Assembly (NCBI GenBank): GCA_964276515.1
Contig: OZ193909.1
Coordinates: 7,192,001-7,256,000, forward strand
Source: Gordius albopunctatus
Lineage: Eukaryota
Length of the DNA stretch: 64,000 nt
Direction: 5' to 3'
Shown here: piece by piece, positions 26,101 through 41,100 of the stretch
Layout of the letters: every line of letters begins with the position of its first letter
How positions within the stretch are numbered: position 1 is the first letter of the stretch
Translations under genes and position numbers: made by a program
The notes under the pieces: model-generated
What the model was told of the DNA's origin: nothing
The model's database searches: none
The model's input: the letters and a program-made list of their open reading frames with translations, nothing else

Positions 26101-29100
26101 GTAAATTCTGCGACCAATTATTAAGACATAAAATATAACGTAAAGTTCCTGAAGAAAGTCTAGATCTCTTCTTTGTCACAAGATCCCCCGCTTTAGAAAA
26201 AACTCTTTCGGCAGCAACGGAGGATGCTTGTTGACATAGAAAAGATCTAGCCATTCTACTTAGATTTGGCAATTCAACGGCATTGATGGCCCACCACGCG
26301 TAGGGATCACCACGAATTCGGATTCGAGCCTTTTGCGAGTATTCCGAGATTTCATCGAATCCCATATTATAATCGTATCTAAATAATTATACATAGGTTT
26401 AATAAATCAGTTTATATTACGTTTTTTTGATAACAATCCTTTCAAGTTTTGAGATTGATGTGTTTTCCACAACTACCTGTCCTTTTTCGTATTCGGATTT
26501 AAAAATAGTTTTTAATTTTAAATGGTGACTTTCTAATTTTAAAGTCTCTGGCATAATCTCATTCTTGATCCTTGGATCCAAGAAAGAACATGCGAAATTT
26601 TCGAAGTTACCCACATGCCCTATGTAGCTATTAAGCTTTGTGAGCATTCTATCCACGGCTGTCATAATTAAATCGTTCTCTATTACTAATTGCCTACTCT
26701 GCAATTCTTCAATCATGTTTTCAAAGTATAGCAACACTGATCCCACAGTATTGGTTTTCTGTGAGGACATTTCCTCCGTATCTTCGTAGAAGGGTTTTAG
26801 AAGATCCTCTACATCCTTTAGCATACTAATTTCATCGTTTGAAAAAATGAGGTTCCGATTATTTACATTTTTTTCGATAATTGTATTTAAACACACTATA
26901 TTCTATAAAAATCATTAAAATTATATAAATATAATATACTTTATTCGCTGCAGCTAACATTAAGTACGTAGAATTCCAGCGCGTATTGTTTGGTTGAGGT
27001 ATATGACACTTTGTCATATTGTGGAACTCCTCACTCAAAAGAGAGGATTTTCGAATTAGCCGGACCACATGGTACATTTTTTCCAGTGGTCCCTCAATGG
27101 CTGCTAATCCCTCTTTAACCACAAGATTTATGATGTGGCACGCACATCGATGGTGGTATATTTCGATATTTCTATTTTTCATATATCTTATCATCAGGTC
27201 TACAGCAGCGATTTCGTTCGCTGCATTATCAGTGGTTATGGAAATTATATTGTCGAGTATATTATAATCTTCTAGGACGCTTTTCATTTGATTGTATAAA
27301 TAAATCGCTGTGTGAGGATGACTTATCTCGAAAATATCGAGAAGTATAGATATAGGTTTCCAGGCTTCATCGATGAAGTGCGCAGTAATGGCTACATATG
27401 AACGATTATTTAGGGACCTCCAAACATCTGTAGTGATGCTGACTTTTGAACTTAAGTTGTTCAAAAGAAGTTTAACCTTTGCTTGCTTGTCGAAAAAAGA
27501 AAGGTTTAATTCTTTTTTTGCCGTATTTTTGGTCCATATATCGATATTTGTATTTATATGAAGAAGTAAATCCGAAAAATTTGGACTTTCGAAGACCTTT
27601 ATTGGTAAATTATCGTTTATTAGGAAATTCAAGATTTTTTGATTTATTGATAAATTTTGATCTTTGGTTAGAGGTTTGTTACTTAAAAAATTATTATTCG
27701 AAAGAACGATTTTCCCATGATGCCTTTCAAAATGTTCTTTAATATTACCTAGCAAATATATATTTATATTAGAAACTCATATTGGAATTGATAATTAAAA
27801 TTTTATTTAATTAATTTGCGACAAATATTATACTTGAGGAAGTTTTTGCGCTAAAATATTTTGGACATCTCACGCATTTTTTTCTGGACTTTTTCGGCGT
27901 AGATACAAAATAATTACTAGAAGTTGGTCTCGATCCACACATACTATTAAATGGCGATTGAGTCTAATATAATTTTTCAAGATTACAACGCATATAATTT
28001 AAAAATTTGAAATTTATTAATTCAATTTTGCCCTTCCCTAAATCATTACCCCTCTAATTCCAATGATGGCTACGGCCATGTTTTAATCCATTTTTTATAA
28101 TAAATTTTCAGGTTTATTCATAATTTTCAATAAAAATACATTATAGAACGACAACAAAAGGAATGTTAAAGCCGCTTTAAAATTTGTGCAAAAAATCAAT
28201 TTAGTTTAACATATGCAATACTAAACCCATAAAATCCATTTTTTAAAATTAACAAGAACTTCTACCTCTGGTATTGAGCCCATATTTTTTTAAAAAAGTA
28301 ATAAACTAAATGTAAAAACATTAAAAAAGACTTTCAGGCATCTTATGGGGCATGATCCCAAAACGTTTATATTTTCAAAAATATTGGGGGAAACCCTAAA
28401 AATTTTCAGGCAGTAACTTTTTCTAAAATAAAACTATTGAATTATTCAAATTTCTAAATCTAAAGCTGTTTAAGTGATATTTAATTAAGTACTTTAGAGG
28501 GTTTAATAAAAAGCATTTATGTAATAAATATTACCTCGTCTAACAACGAATTAGTTTCCGCTTGACTCTCAGAAATATTTCCAAATTCCGACATAGAAAT
28601 AGAAGAATGGGTTAAAATGTTTTTAGTGAATAGAAATAGAAAAGTGAAAGTGATAATCAGGTTTTTTTCCTTTAATATACGATTATAATTAGAGTGTTTG
28701 ACCCCACCCCCCTAGCACATAAATAAAAATAATGCAATGCATGTACCCTCACCCTCCAAAGTCAGACACTAGCAGAGCAGTAATAAGATTTTATTTGGCA
28801 CGCCTACTAATTGTAGAATGCAACTCAAGCAAGCAAACTAAAAAGTTGCACATATATTGCATGCACGGCGCGCCCTTTCTTAATTTTATCTCGCACATGC
28901 TGCATANNNNNNNNNNNNNNNNNNNNNNNNNNNNNNNNNNNNNNNNNNNNNNNNNNNNNNNNNNNNNNNNNNNNNNNNNNNNNNNNNNNNNNNNNNNNNN
29001 NNNNNNNNNNNNNNNNNNNNNNNNNNNNNNNNNNNNNNNNNNNNNNNNNNNNNNNNNNNNNNNNNNNNNNNNNNNNNNNNNNNNNNNNNNNNNNNNNNNN

Positions 29101-32100
29101 NNNNNNAAATCTTATTACTGCTCTGCTAGTGTCTGACTTTGGAGGGTGAGGGTACATGCATTGCATTATTTTTATTTATGTGCTAGGGGGTGGGGTCAAA
29201 CACTCTAATTATAATCGTATATTAAAGGAAAAAAACCTGATTATCACTTTCACTTTTCTATTTCTATTCACTAAAAAAAACATTTTTATTAATTATCTAA
29301 AATATTGAGATCGGGGCTTTTAGGAGAGAAGCTAGTGCCAGCTATTTGACCAGATAAAACAAATTTTGTTTTTGAATAATTTATTAAAGTTATTTTAAAT
29401 AGAAATAGTTTCAGATATTTTATTTTTTAGCCCCTCTTTAAGTTTAATTTATTTACATCTTTCATTCATATTATTAATGCGATACTAATTATACACGACT
29501 TGTACAATTATTTTTTATTCAAGATAAATTATCCAATGTATTACAACAAATAAAACTATTTATATCTGTAAATTCTGCGACCAATTATTAAGACATAAAA
29601 TATAACGTAAAGTTCCTGAAGAAAGTCTAGATCTCTTCTTTGTCACAAGATCCCCCGCTTTAGAAAAAACTCTTTCGGCAGCAACGGAGGATGCTTGTTG
29701 ACATAGAAAAGATCTAGCCATTCTACTTAGATTTGGCAATTCAACGGCATTGATGGCCCACCACGCGTAGGGATCACCACGAATTCGGATTCGAGCCTTT
29801 TGCGAGTATTCCGAGATTTCATCGAATCCCATATTATAATCGTATCTAAATAATTATACATAGGTTTAATAAATCAGTTTATATTACGTTTTTTTGATAA
29901 CAATCCTTTCAAGTTTTGAGATTGATGTGTTTTCCACAACTACCTGTCCTTTTTCGTATTCGGATTTAAAAATAGTTTTTAATTTTAAATGGTGACTTTC
30001 TAATTTTAAAGTCTCTGGCATAATCTCATTCTTGATCCTTGGATCCAAGAAAGAACATGCGAAATTTTCGAAGTTACCCACATGCCCTATGTAGCTATTA
30101 AGCTTTGTGAGCATTCTATCCACGGCTGTCATAATTAAATCGTTCTCTATTACTAATTGCCTACTCTGCAATTCTTCAATCATGTTTTCAAAGTATAGCA
30201 ACACTGATCCCACAGTATTGGTTTTCTGTGAGGACATTTCCTCCGTATCTTCGTAGAAGGGTTTTAGAAGATCCTCTACATCCTTTAGCATACTAATTTC
30301 ATCGTTTGAAAAAATGAGGTTCCGATTATTTACATTTTTTTCGATAATTGTATTTAAACACACTATATTCTATAAAAATCATTAAAATTATATAAATATA
30401 ATATACTTTATTCGCTGCAGCTAACATTAAGTACGTAGAATTCCAGCGCGTATTGTTTGGTTGAGGTATATGACACTTTGTCATATTGTGGAACTCCTCA
30501 CTCAAAAGAGAGGATTTTCGAATTAGCCGGACCACATGGTACATTTTTTCCAGTGGTCCCTCAATGGCTGCTAATCCCTCTTTAACCACAAGATTTATGA
30601 TGTGGCACGCACATCGATGGTGGTATATTTCGATATTTCTATTTTTCATATATCTTATCATCAGGTCTACAGCAGCGATTTCGTTCGCTGCATTATCAGT
30701 GGTTATGGAAATTATATTGTCGAGTATATTATAATCTTCTAGGACGCTTTTCATTTGATTGTATAAATAAATCGCTGTGTGAGGATGACTTATCTCGAAA
30801 ATATCGAGAAGTATAGATATAGGTTTCCAGGCTTCATCGATGAAGTGCGCAGTAATGGCTACATATGAACGATTATTTAGGGACCTCCAAACATCTGTAG
30901 TGATGCTGACTTTTGAACTTAAGTTGTTCAAAAGAAGTTTAACCTTTGCTTGCTTGTCGAAAAAAGAAAGGTTTAATTCTTTTTTTGCCGTATTTTTGGT
31001 CCATATATCGATATTTGTATTTATATGAAGAAGTAAATCCGAAAAATTTGGACTTTCGAAGACCTTTATTGGTAAATTATCGTTTATTAGGAAATTCAAG
31101 ATTTTTTGATTTATTGATAAATTTTGATCTTTGGTTAGAGGTTTGTTACTTAAAAAATTATTATTCGAAAGAACGATTTTCCCATGATGCCTTTCAAAAT
31201 GTTCTTTAATATTACCTAGCAAATATATATTTATATTAGAAACTCATATTGGAATTGATAATTAAAATTTTATTTAATTAATTTGCGACAAATATTATAC
31301 TTGAGGAAGTTTTTGCGCTAAAATATTTTGGACATCTCACGCATTTTTTTCTGGACTTTTTCGGCGTAGATACAAAATAATTACTAGAAGTTGGTCTCGA
31401 TCCACACATACTATTAAATGGCGATTGAGTCTAATATAATTTTTCAAGATTACAACGCATATAATTTAAAAATTTGAAATTTATTAATTCAATTTTGCCC
31501 TTCCCTAAATCATTACCCCTCTAATTCCAATGATGGCTACGGCCATGTTTTAATCCATTTTTTATAATAAATTTTCAGGTTTATTCATAATTTTCAATAA
31601 AAATACATTATAGAACGACAACAAAAGGAATGTTAAAGCCGCTTTAAAATTTGTGCAAAAAATCAATTTAGTTTAACATATGCAATACTAAACCCATAAA
31701 ATCCATTTTTTAAAATTAACAAGAACTTCTACCTCTGGTATTGAGCCCATATTTTTTTAAAAAAGTAATAAACTAAATGTAAAAACATTAAAAAAGACTT
31801 TCAGGCATCTTATGGGGCATGATCCCAAAACGTTTATATTTTCAAAAATATTGGGGGAAACCCTAAAAATTTTCAGGCAGTAACTTTTTCTAAAATAAAA
31901 CTATTGAATTATTCAAATTTCTAAATCTAAAGCTGTTTAAGTGATATTTAATTAAGTACTTTAGAGGGTTTAATAAAAAGCATTTATGTAATAAATATTA
32001 CCTCGTCTAACAACGAATTAGTTTCCGCTTGACTCTCAGAAATATTTCCAAATTCCGACATAGAAATAGAAGAATGGGTTAAAATGTTTTTAGTGAATAG

Positions 32101-35100
32101 AAATAGAAAAGTGAAAGTGATAATCAGGTTTTTTTCCTTTAATATACGATTATAATTAGAGTGTTTGACCCCACCCCCCTAGCACATAAATAAAAATAAT
32201 GCAATGCATGTACCCTCACCCTCCAAAGTCAGACACTAGCAGAGCAGTAATAAGATTTTATTTGGCACGCCTACTAATTGTAGAATGCAACTCAAGCAAG
32301 CAAACTAAAAAGTTGCACATATATTGCATGCACGGCGCGCCCTTTCTTAATTTTATCTCGCACATGCTGCATATTGCATTTCAGCAACAAGCAAATAATT
32401 GGGGGGAGGGGTGGGAGGGGACTTAAGGCACGAATTGGGTGTGCGTATAGGCTGGGTGGGGTGTGTTTAGGTTGGAACAAGGTGGGAACCGGGAGTGTTC
32501 AGGTTGGAACCGGGTGGGTTAAGGTTGGAAGGGAGAGAATAGGGTGTGTAGAAGGTTTTCAGGATACGCATATAACACACACCCCACCCACACAGCCCCA
32601 TAATTTTATCACACACACACACAACATATAATACTACTAAGAGTAACACTGCTATCCCGTTCCCGCATACGCATAGTATATGCATGCCCAACGCTTTATG
32701 CAAATTTATTAATACGTAGATGGCAGCATTCACATATATACATAATTAATGTTTAAATCATTTCTATATTAAAAAAATCTAAATTTTTTTTTAAATAATA
32801 ACAAAAATATATTTTTTATTCATTTAAAATTATATATAATTTCAAAAATGTGATGCATCTTGAAAAAGGAAAATAGTTAAAGTACCATAAAACATTTATT
32901 CTTAAATTTATCGCATAAAACAAGAGATTCTTTTTAGGTTAACCTGAGGTCAACCTGGGTTTTCAGGTTGGGTGTAAAATTGACCTGAAGGTTTTTCAGG
33001 TTGATTTTCGGGATCAACCTCAGGTTAAGGTTTGGGTGTTCAAAAACCTGACAAGGTTTTTGAAAACCTGGAACCTGAACCCTCAGGTTGCCTGATCAAA
33101 ACCTAGGTTTTGATCATCACTACTTGTAATAGCTTTCCTTCCGGGGTGTTTAATGCCCATGTTTCACTTCCATAGAGTAACACCGGTCTTACGATGGATT
33201 TGTAAGCTTTGCTCTTCAACCATATTGGCATTTTCTTGTCACACAAAACACCGGATATACTTCGCCATTTAAGCCATCCTTTTTGGATCCGGGCATTGAC
33301 TTCCGTTGCGGAACCTCCCTCTTGATGTAGCATTGAGCCGAGGTATGTGAACCTGTCTACTTTTGGGTACTTTAGATCAGAGGTGAGATTTGTTAGGAAT
33401 TTTCTGTCCGAACCCGTCCCGACTATATTTTTTACCTTCATTGCCCGCCCGAACCCATCTAAGTGTCCGCCGGGGCCCGCCCGAATTGTTAAAGCTGCCC
33501 GAATTGCCCGGCCCGAAATATTAAATTTTCCCGTTAGTCCCGAATTTATGAGGTCCCAAAAAGAGGTGGGAGTAGTTTAAATTTTTCTGCCCGAACCCGG
33601 CCCGGTCCAATTTTAACTTAATTGCCCGCCTGAACCCTTCTAAGTGTCGGCTCAGCCATGCCCAAACCATTAGAGCTGCCCGGCCTGATTAATAAAGTTT
33701 TCCCGGTAGACCCGAAATTATTCAATCCCAAAATCTTTAGCCACTATTACAAAATAAGCAATGGTATATTGATCCAAACAAAGATGACAATATTTTATTA
33801 TTCATATCGTCAACCATTTCCGGGGATAATCTTGTGTGTCTTTCCCCTATTAATCTTCCTGCGATAGAAAAACTTCTTTCACTAGCAGCACTCGTCGCCG
33901 GGATGGCAAAGAGTATTTTTTTAAACCTTGCTAATTTAGGATACCTAAAATAGTTATAATTTTTAATAACTTTAATGTGACTTGTTTGCTTTATTTTTCC
34001 ACCGTGTTTTTTTAGTTGTTAAGAAATTAAATGAATTACAATTATGCGCATTGTTAGAAAATGGCATGAGCCTTTGTTTTAAGTCTAGACGGCACACATG
34101 TGTAGTGTATTGCGAACAATGAAATGGCTTTGGCTACTACATAAATATAAATAATCCAATCCTTTCCATAATGGAGTAGGGCAAAGATTTAACTGAACGC
34201 GATAAAAATGTAGTAAAATAATTTACTTCCAGAGAGTAAAATGGTTTCTTCCATAGTATTAAATTAGAGTAGCAGTTTACAAGGGGGTAGCAAGCATTAA
34301 AATTAGAGGGGGGGGGCAATAATGATCATTTTTTCAAAGTTTAGCCATAATTTTAAAACATTAAAAAAAAATTTTGAGTTTAGAGGGGGGCAGCTGCCCC
34401 TTCCTGCCCCCCCCTTGTCTACGCCCATGGTAGTTTAAATCGTTGTGATTTTATTCTTTTATAATATAATCCGAAAATTAAAAATTTGTGATCTTGAGAC
34501 AAACCAGTTAAACTAATTTATTCGAAATAAAATTTAATTTTGAAGAAATTGAAATTAGGACATTATATAAACGTACAATGAATGAAGATTTAAGCGATGG
34601 AAAAAATCTAGTCAAATTTATTATGGCCCAAAATTGTTTATAAGCGAATTTATCTTTTTTCAAGGAAAATTAATTTGAAAAAATTTTGGGCATGCCCGAA
34701 TTGCCCGAATCTTATCAGCGTGCCCGCCCGAAAATTAAAATTTAAGGCAGTTGCCCGGGCATTTCTGGTCTCTGCTTTAGATGGTCATCCAGGGATGGGG
34801 TGCCTGTACCGTTCATTTCCATGTATACCATTTTTCGATCGTTGACCTTTAAACCATATCCAGCTAAGCGCTTTGACCACTTTTCGGCTTCTTCGAATAC
34901 TTTTTCCCTTGTTTCCTCGCATAGTGCTATATCATCGGCATATAGCATACACCATGGCGAAGGCTTTTGAACGTCCCTCGTTATCGTGTCTATAATTATA
35001 TTAAATAAAAAGGGACTTAAAGCAGAGCCTTGATGTAATCCAATATTAACCCGAAAGGGTTTAGAGTCTCCAACTGTCGTCCTAACGCAAGAGTTTGAGG

Positions 35101-38100
35101 CTTAATAAATATTTTCCAATTTAACCACCTGTACAAAATATTTATACCTAAAAACTCAAAATGTATATAATTACACGTAGGATAAAAAATCAAATAGACA
35201 ATCTCATCTTATTATCGTGCAATCCATCATTTTATGCTCAACATGCTTAATTTCTTATAAAACTATAATATAATAACTTTATAATATACCATGAGCAAAT
35301 TTTGTTAGTAACTAAAAAAGTTTAACAAAAGCAATTCAATCTACTATCTGCTCGAATTTACTGCCCGAGCTCCTGCTAAATTTTTTAACAGATTTGGCTG
35401 CTGCTTCGACTAACTTCTCGAGCATTTTTATGTGCTACTGTTAAAACTAACGCACCGAACAGTTAGCACTCATTCTGCTAAACTAGCATATTACCCAGCT
35501 ACTGTTCGTGCTCGAGCATAGCACATAGTTAGCATTGCTAAAGTTAGCAATTTAACAACTCTATATATATGCGTCAGGGATATTTTACTTCCTCAGGCAC
35601 CACCATATTAAATCGCAGGGGACCGTGTCATAAGAATAATTATAATTAATAATATTTCCCCTATTCAAGGACATCATCAGATTAAAACAAAATGAATAAA
35701 TTTTTTAAATTATTTAACAACTTTTGCAATTACGAGCCCGCGAAGCAATTAATAATTTTACTATATTTATTACCATTTAGGGGAAGATTCAAATAAGTTA
35801 TTATTGTATAAGTTGGGCATGTAGTCAAATTAGTCTTTAAGATTGCCATTAAATGGCTATATTAGAATATTATTATTGTTTTATTCGCGGACTAGTAATA
35901 TCTTTGTTAATTACTTAAATACTGCAATCTTTATTACTTAATTTAAATGTATCCTGATAACCTTATTAAATCATAGGCCATTCGAATTGTTAAACCCGAG
36001 TTCGAAGCGATCAAACCTTCGATAACATACAGCTACGACTTGCCCATCCTTCAAAAACTTAATGAACAAGTGCTCCTCTTAATTTTTGTTTTTTCCAAAA
36101 TTATATTACACGTGTAATTATAGATATCGTATTTTTTTATTACATCTGCCACGGAATTCTAACCCATCCTTTTTATAGATGAAAAATTGAAGAATGATTG
36201 TGATACTTAAGCTATGTGTAAATATTATTAAGGCAATTAGAGTTTTGGCTATTTTGGTAAAATAGGCTGATACACGCTAAAATATGAAATAGGAAGAGGT
36301 GCTATTGGAAATCTAATATTACGTGCATAATAACATCGAGCTTTTATTAATTTTTTTTAAAGTTTTTTTGATAAATTTTATTTAAATGTCAAATACTTTG
36401 TAACACGGTGTAAATATGATATCTAAAAATGTAAAAAAATTATGACCTTTTCATGCCTCAAAGACTAAGTCGGCTCTGGGCGAAAAAATGATGCCGTACT
36501 ACGGTTTATTCGATAAAACTAAATTGAGGGAAAAATTTGAGCGACAATTTGAGATGGAATCGAGCGGAATCGTTCCGGTACCTAATATATTTAATCCCAT
36601 CAATGGAACCACTCTAACACCTATTTCCATCAAAAAAGTAATCCTCTAAAATAATGGTGTGCTAAGCATTTTTGGAATACCAAAATGGATAAGTTATATC
36701 ATTTTTATTCTTGAAAGCATGATATAATGAAGCGTATTATTTTGAATTGATTAAAATTGTCGGTTTTTAGGCGACACTTGGATTTGATTTATTTTATCTA
36801 TTAAATTTTAAAAGCCATATTCAGTTTTCAACATACCCTTTATAAATGTTGTTTTAGAGCAACCTTAAAATATTGATCTATTTGTAAATTTTGATTTGGT
36901 TACAGACACGAGGATCGGCCAAATTAAAGGCTCAGAAAGAGAAATGGGAAAATGAACTTAGAGTTGTGTTCAGACAAAACGTCAAATCATTAAAGGTGGA
37001 ATGGGAAGAGAGGGGTAAATGATAAGATAAATAACAAAAAAATTTATTTTGTTAGGGAATGTTTATTCATTAAAACTAAATAATTTCTTTTAATCTTTTT
37101 ATCGAAAATGGGTATCATCAAAATACTGTTACTTTATTTAAAAAAATTTTTTTTATTGTAAATATTTGTTTATTGTATTATATAATATTTATTGTATTAT
37201 ATTATAAAGTATAATAAAAGAAATTTGTTATTTGAAATTTAATCAATTCTTTTTACACGCAGGAAGTAAGAGAGGTTATTCCCATTTCAACCTGTACCCT
37301 TTCATGCGACTGCTACCAGAACAAGATTACATCGATCTGTTGATGCAGGTAAGATGTTAGTTTTTGCTTTGTAAATTGGGTTGTCAAAACCCTAGCATAT
37401 ATATCCGTGAAAAAGCTAGCCTATAACTTGCCTCGAAATTGGACAAAAAATATTTATTTAAGGTTTTAAAATTTACTTTCGAATCTTAGCAAAATAAGGG
37501 GAGAGTGCACAATTTTAATGATCTATATCAAATCGTTTACGTCGAGCTTATTTTAAACAAACGCGTTGTGCTTCAATTAATTATTCATTTTTAATTTGTA
37601 AAATTCATAATGTTATAATTGATTTAAATGAGTTAATTTTCTTATGCCATGACAATTTATATTTTTATTAGTTTGATTAGTATAAAATTAACATAAATTT
37701 AGGCATAAGAACACATATATGTTAAATTTAGCTTTACAAATGCATGCAAAGTCAAGGTTTGCCATATGCGTATTAATCTTCTCAAATTTTATCACATTTA
37801 AAGGAGGTCGAATTTTTAGCAACCGGTACTCAGTTTTACAGTCCTTCTAGCCTGTTCCTCTACAAACAACTTGGCCTAAAGATTAATCAAAAATACATCA
37901 TCCGTCAGAAACTTGCCAAGGGGGCAAAGAATAAGGTAATTTTTGCATTTTGCCCGTTTTATATTAAAATTAAGAATTGCTTTAAATTCTAATAGACCCG
38001 TCCATTTTAAACAAAACTTATTTCATTTTTTAAAGTTTAATTTTATTGCAAGTGAATTTATTGAACATGGCGGATCGATCTTTATAATTAGTGATAAAGC

Positions 38101-41100
38101 TACCTGACAAATATTATATCCAAAATAATTATTAAAAAACTTTAACCTTCGCCAGTCTCTATTTTAAAACAAAAGTTGAAACATATTTTTATTAATACCG
38201 TCTAGTTGGGAGCAATTTATGATTCCTACTTGGACTACTTCATTAACGGGGATGCTCTATTCAAGCACATACCCCGAACATCGTGGAACGAATCATGCCT
38301 TCGAACTCTGGGCTGGTCCTTACAACTAGTAATTCAACAAAGAAAATAGCAAATTTCAATGTCTAATATCATATATACAACCCCATTATACTATTTTTGC
38401 TTAACCAAGAATCGAAACCTTTTCAATATCACCTAGATTAAAGTGTATTGTATACATTATCTACCCTTAAGTAAACTATATTCCTTACATTTTATCAAAT
38501 TGACACAATATAACTCGTGAATTAAATTTATTTGCTTCCAAACAAAAGATTTCTTCGGTTTAGACTATCCGTTGATTACTTTGCTTTATAGAATGAAAAA
38601 TGAATGTATTTTTCATTATTAGGAATTCCAAAATCTCAATTGGCCAAGCACATACCACATAGGGGTAAATTTTATGATTTTCTAAATTCTTTAGCGTTCA
38701 TTTTGTGCTTACGTCATCTTTTAGATTGGAAAATTACTTTACAACATGATTTTGCAAAATCTTAGCGTGGAAATCAATGAAAAGGATGCGGATAAAAAGT
38801 TAACTTGATTAATTTTTGAAAATTATCAACAATTTATGCCTTTTAAATTGCATAGCAATTAAATGTCCATTCATATAAGTTTTTTATAAGCTTAATTAGT
38901 TATTTCATTTTTTAATAGGCAAACGGCCCCCGCCTTTTTCAGCATTTACAAGCAATATACGGGAAGTGAAAAGGAAGAATTCAGGGTAAATTAAGCTTCC
39001 CATACCTCAAAATGCGGAAATGTATCGCTATTTTTCCTTTAATACAAAAGCTTCCTATTTTAGTCTATATTTTGACGCAAATAAATTCTCTAAATTTCAA
39101 GTATAAATTGTCGGACTATATATATTCATTCTAATATTGAAATAACCGAATTGAAGGTATCGGTAGTGATATATTTTAAAGATATTTAATATCTATAATA
39201 ACTAAACTTTGTCTTTTGAAGCCGCACCCGACGGTGATCAAAATGTACAAGAGCGATGGCTACAACCAAAAACTTGCCTTCGAACCTCACATGTTGCCCA
39301 TGCTTGTACCCCCGGTGCCCTGGACTAGCGTTAAAAACGGGGGCTATCTCCTTTGCAATAGTACGTATCCCTTTTCACAACGCACAATCTGTTTCAACAA
39401 CCTCTTTTGTGAGCTAGCACATTTATGAGCATTTCAGTGGTTCATAAATGGCGATCTATTAGAGTCTATTCCTGCCAGCTGAAATTTATTTTGCGTTTGC
39501 CGATCCGCTGACATTTAGCATGAATTGAATGAATAAATTGTTCAGCAAACATTTGGTTTAATTGTTGCAAACTTATTGCCTACTCTTTATTAGATAATCT
39601 ATTATATAAAGTTTATTTGAACAGCGTTAATTTTTAATTAATAAATATGAATGCAAAAATTGTATTTTAGCCATATACCTCATATCAAAAGAGATGCAAA
39701 ACGGTTATACGCCTATGATAAACGTTTATAATCGCCACTTAAGCCATATTATAAATTTTCCTTTCATTTTTCTAAAATTATTACCTTAAATGAATAAACA
39801 ATGGAAATGATCAATTTTTGTTTGGAGTTTTTATTTTATAGGTTCTCTAGTCAGGCTATACGAGCCTTTCGGTTATCATAATCAGGTACTTAACAAAGCC
39901 TCAACCCGACAATTATACCCGGTTTTGGATGCCCTAACCTACTTGGGTGTTTGTCCTTGGATCATTAACAAGCCGGTAAATATCCGAAAAGCAATTTAAC
40001 AGAGCCCATAATTTTATTCGCGTCAACATATTTTATTCGCGTCAACATAGGTGTTGGATGTGATAATGCAAATTTTTAATTCGAACGGCAACGAAAAGTT
40101 GGGTATACCCTCGTACCAATCACCTCAAGAGTACGCAAACTCAAAACAGCTCTCTTCCCCCATAACTCCCAATGCCGCCGCCCTTTTGCATCGGTATGTA
40201 ATAGCAATTTGCCGAGTAGAAAAAATATGTTTTATCCAATATTGAGATTTAAAGTTAATAGATTTGCAATACTAATAGGATACTTTTTGGTTTTAATGGC
40301 ATTTTGCCCCTTCGAAAATATGTTGCGCACCACACGTCTAATTTTTAAAAACTTTGGTAATAAACATGTAGGCATATTTTTCCTTTTTTGACGAAACTAT
40401 TAGAATGGGCTATACTATGCGAAAAATGACTTATTCCCCTGTTTATCGGTTAAATTATAGCATTAAGCTAATAAACGTGCAAGGTTGTTTCAATTTGTTG
40501 TTTTATTGTGTGTAATTTTGAAATAATTTTTATAGGATTAACAATTCATCCGATGTCGGTTTAAGGTCTCCTAGACGAGGGGCCGGAGGCAATACTATAA
40601 ATCCCAAAACCCAATCTGACATGTATTCCCTTTGGTGCGATGTACTCTACAAATTATCCATAGCGAACCACGTATGCGATTGATTATTATTATAGAGGAG
40701 CAAAATATTTAGATTATATTTTTATTAGACCTATGTGTAATTAGTTATTATAAAAAAATGCTATCTTTTGCAAGGGGAGGGCTAATTGTTTTAATAATAG
40801 CTATGAAACGTGTTAAATTAATTAATGGAGCTTGCGCCATTAGGCATTTTTAATTAGCTTGTTAAAAATTATTTTTCTAATTTTATTATGTGTATTTATG
40901 TAGTTTCGAGACGAAATTTTTTGGTTCCCACACAATATGGATTTTCGCAGCCGAGTGTACCCAATACCTCCTTACTTTAATCACTTAAGTACAGTATATT
41001 TTGAAACGATATCATTTATTATAATGGATTTTCTCAAAATGGTCATAGTCTGACTCTATCATAATGTCCTTTTTTCAAATGGTGCGTTTTTTACTAAATA

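Larger units (their letters stand above)
24765..33122 (-). mobile_element. hAT transposon with about 1-kb TIRs; core present twice around an assembly gap
   Basis: Termini TAGTGATGATCAAAACCTAGG with a perfect 8-bp TSD CTTGTAAT; about 24765-25815 is inverted relative to about 32085-33122. Confidence 0.95.
24432..35100 (-). mobile_element. 5'-truncated RTE-clade LINE split by two hAT insertions (pieces 24432-24764, 33123-33377, 34775-35100)
   Basis: [31 protein letters not shown] and RLRWYGHI in order across the pieces; GAA-type tail; similar to 52535-53438. Confidence 0.93.

Noticed and set aside
33093..33116. 24-bp perfect palindrome TGATCAAAACCTAGGTTTTGATCA
   Set aside because: Explained by an inverted subterminal copy of the hAT terminal motif.
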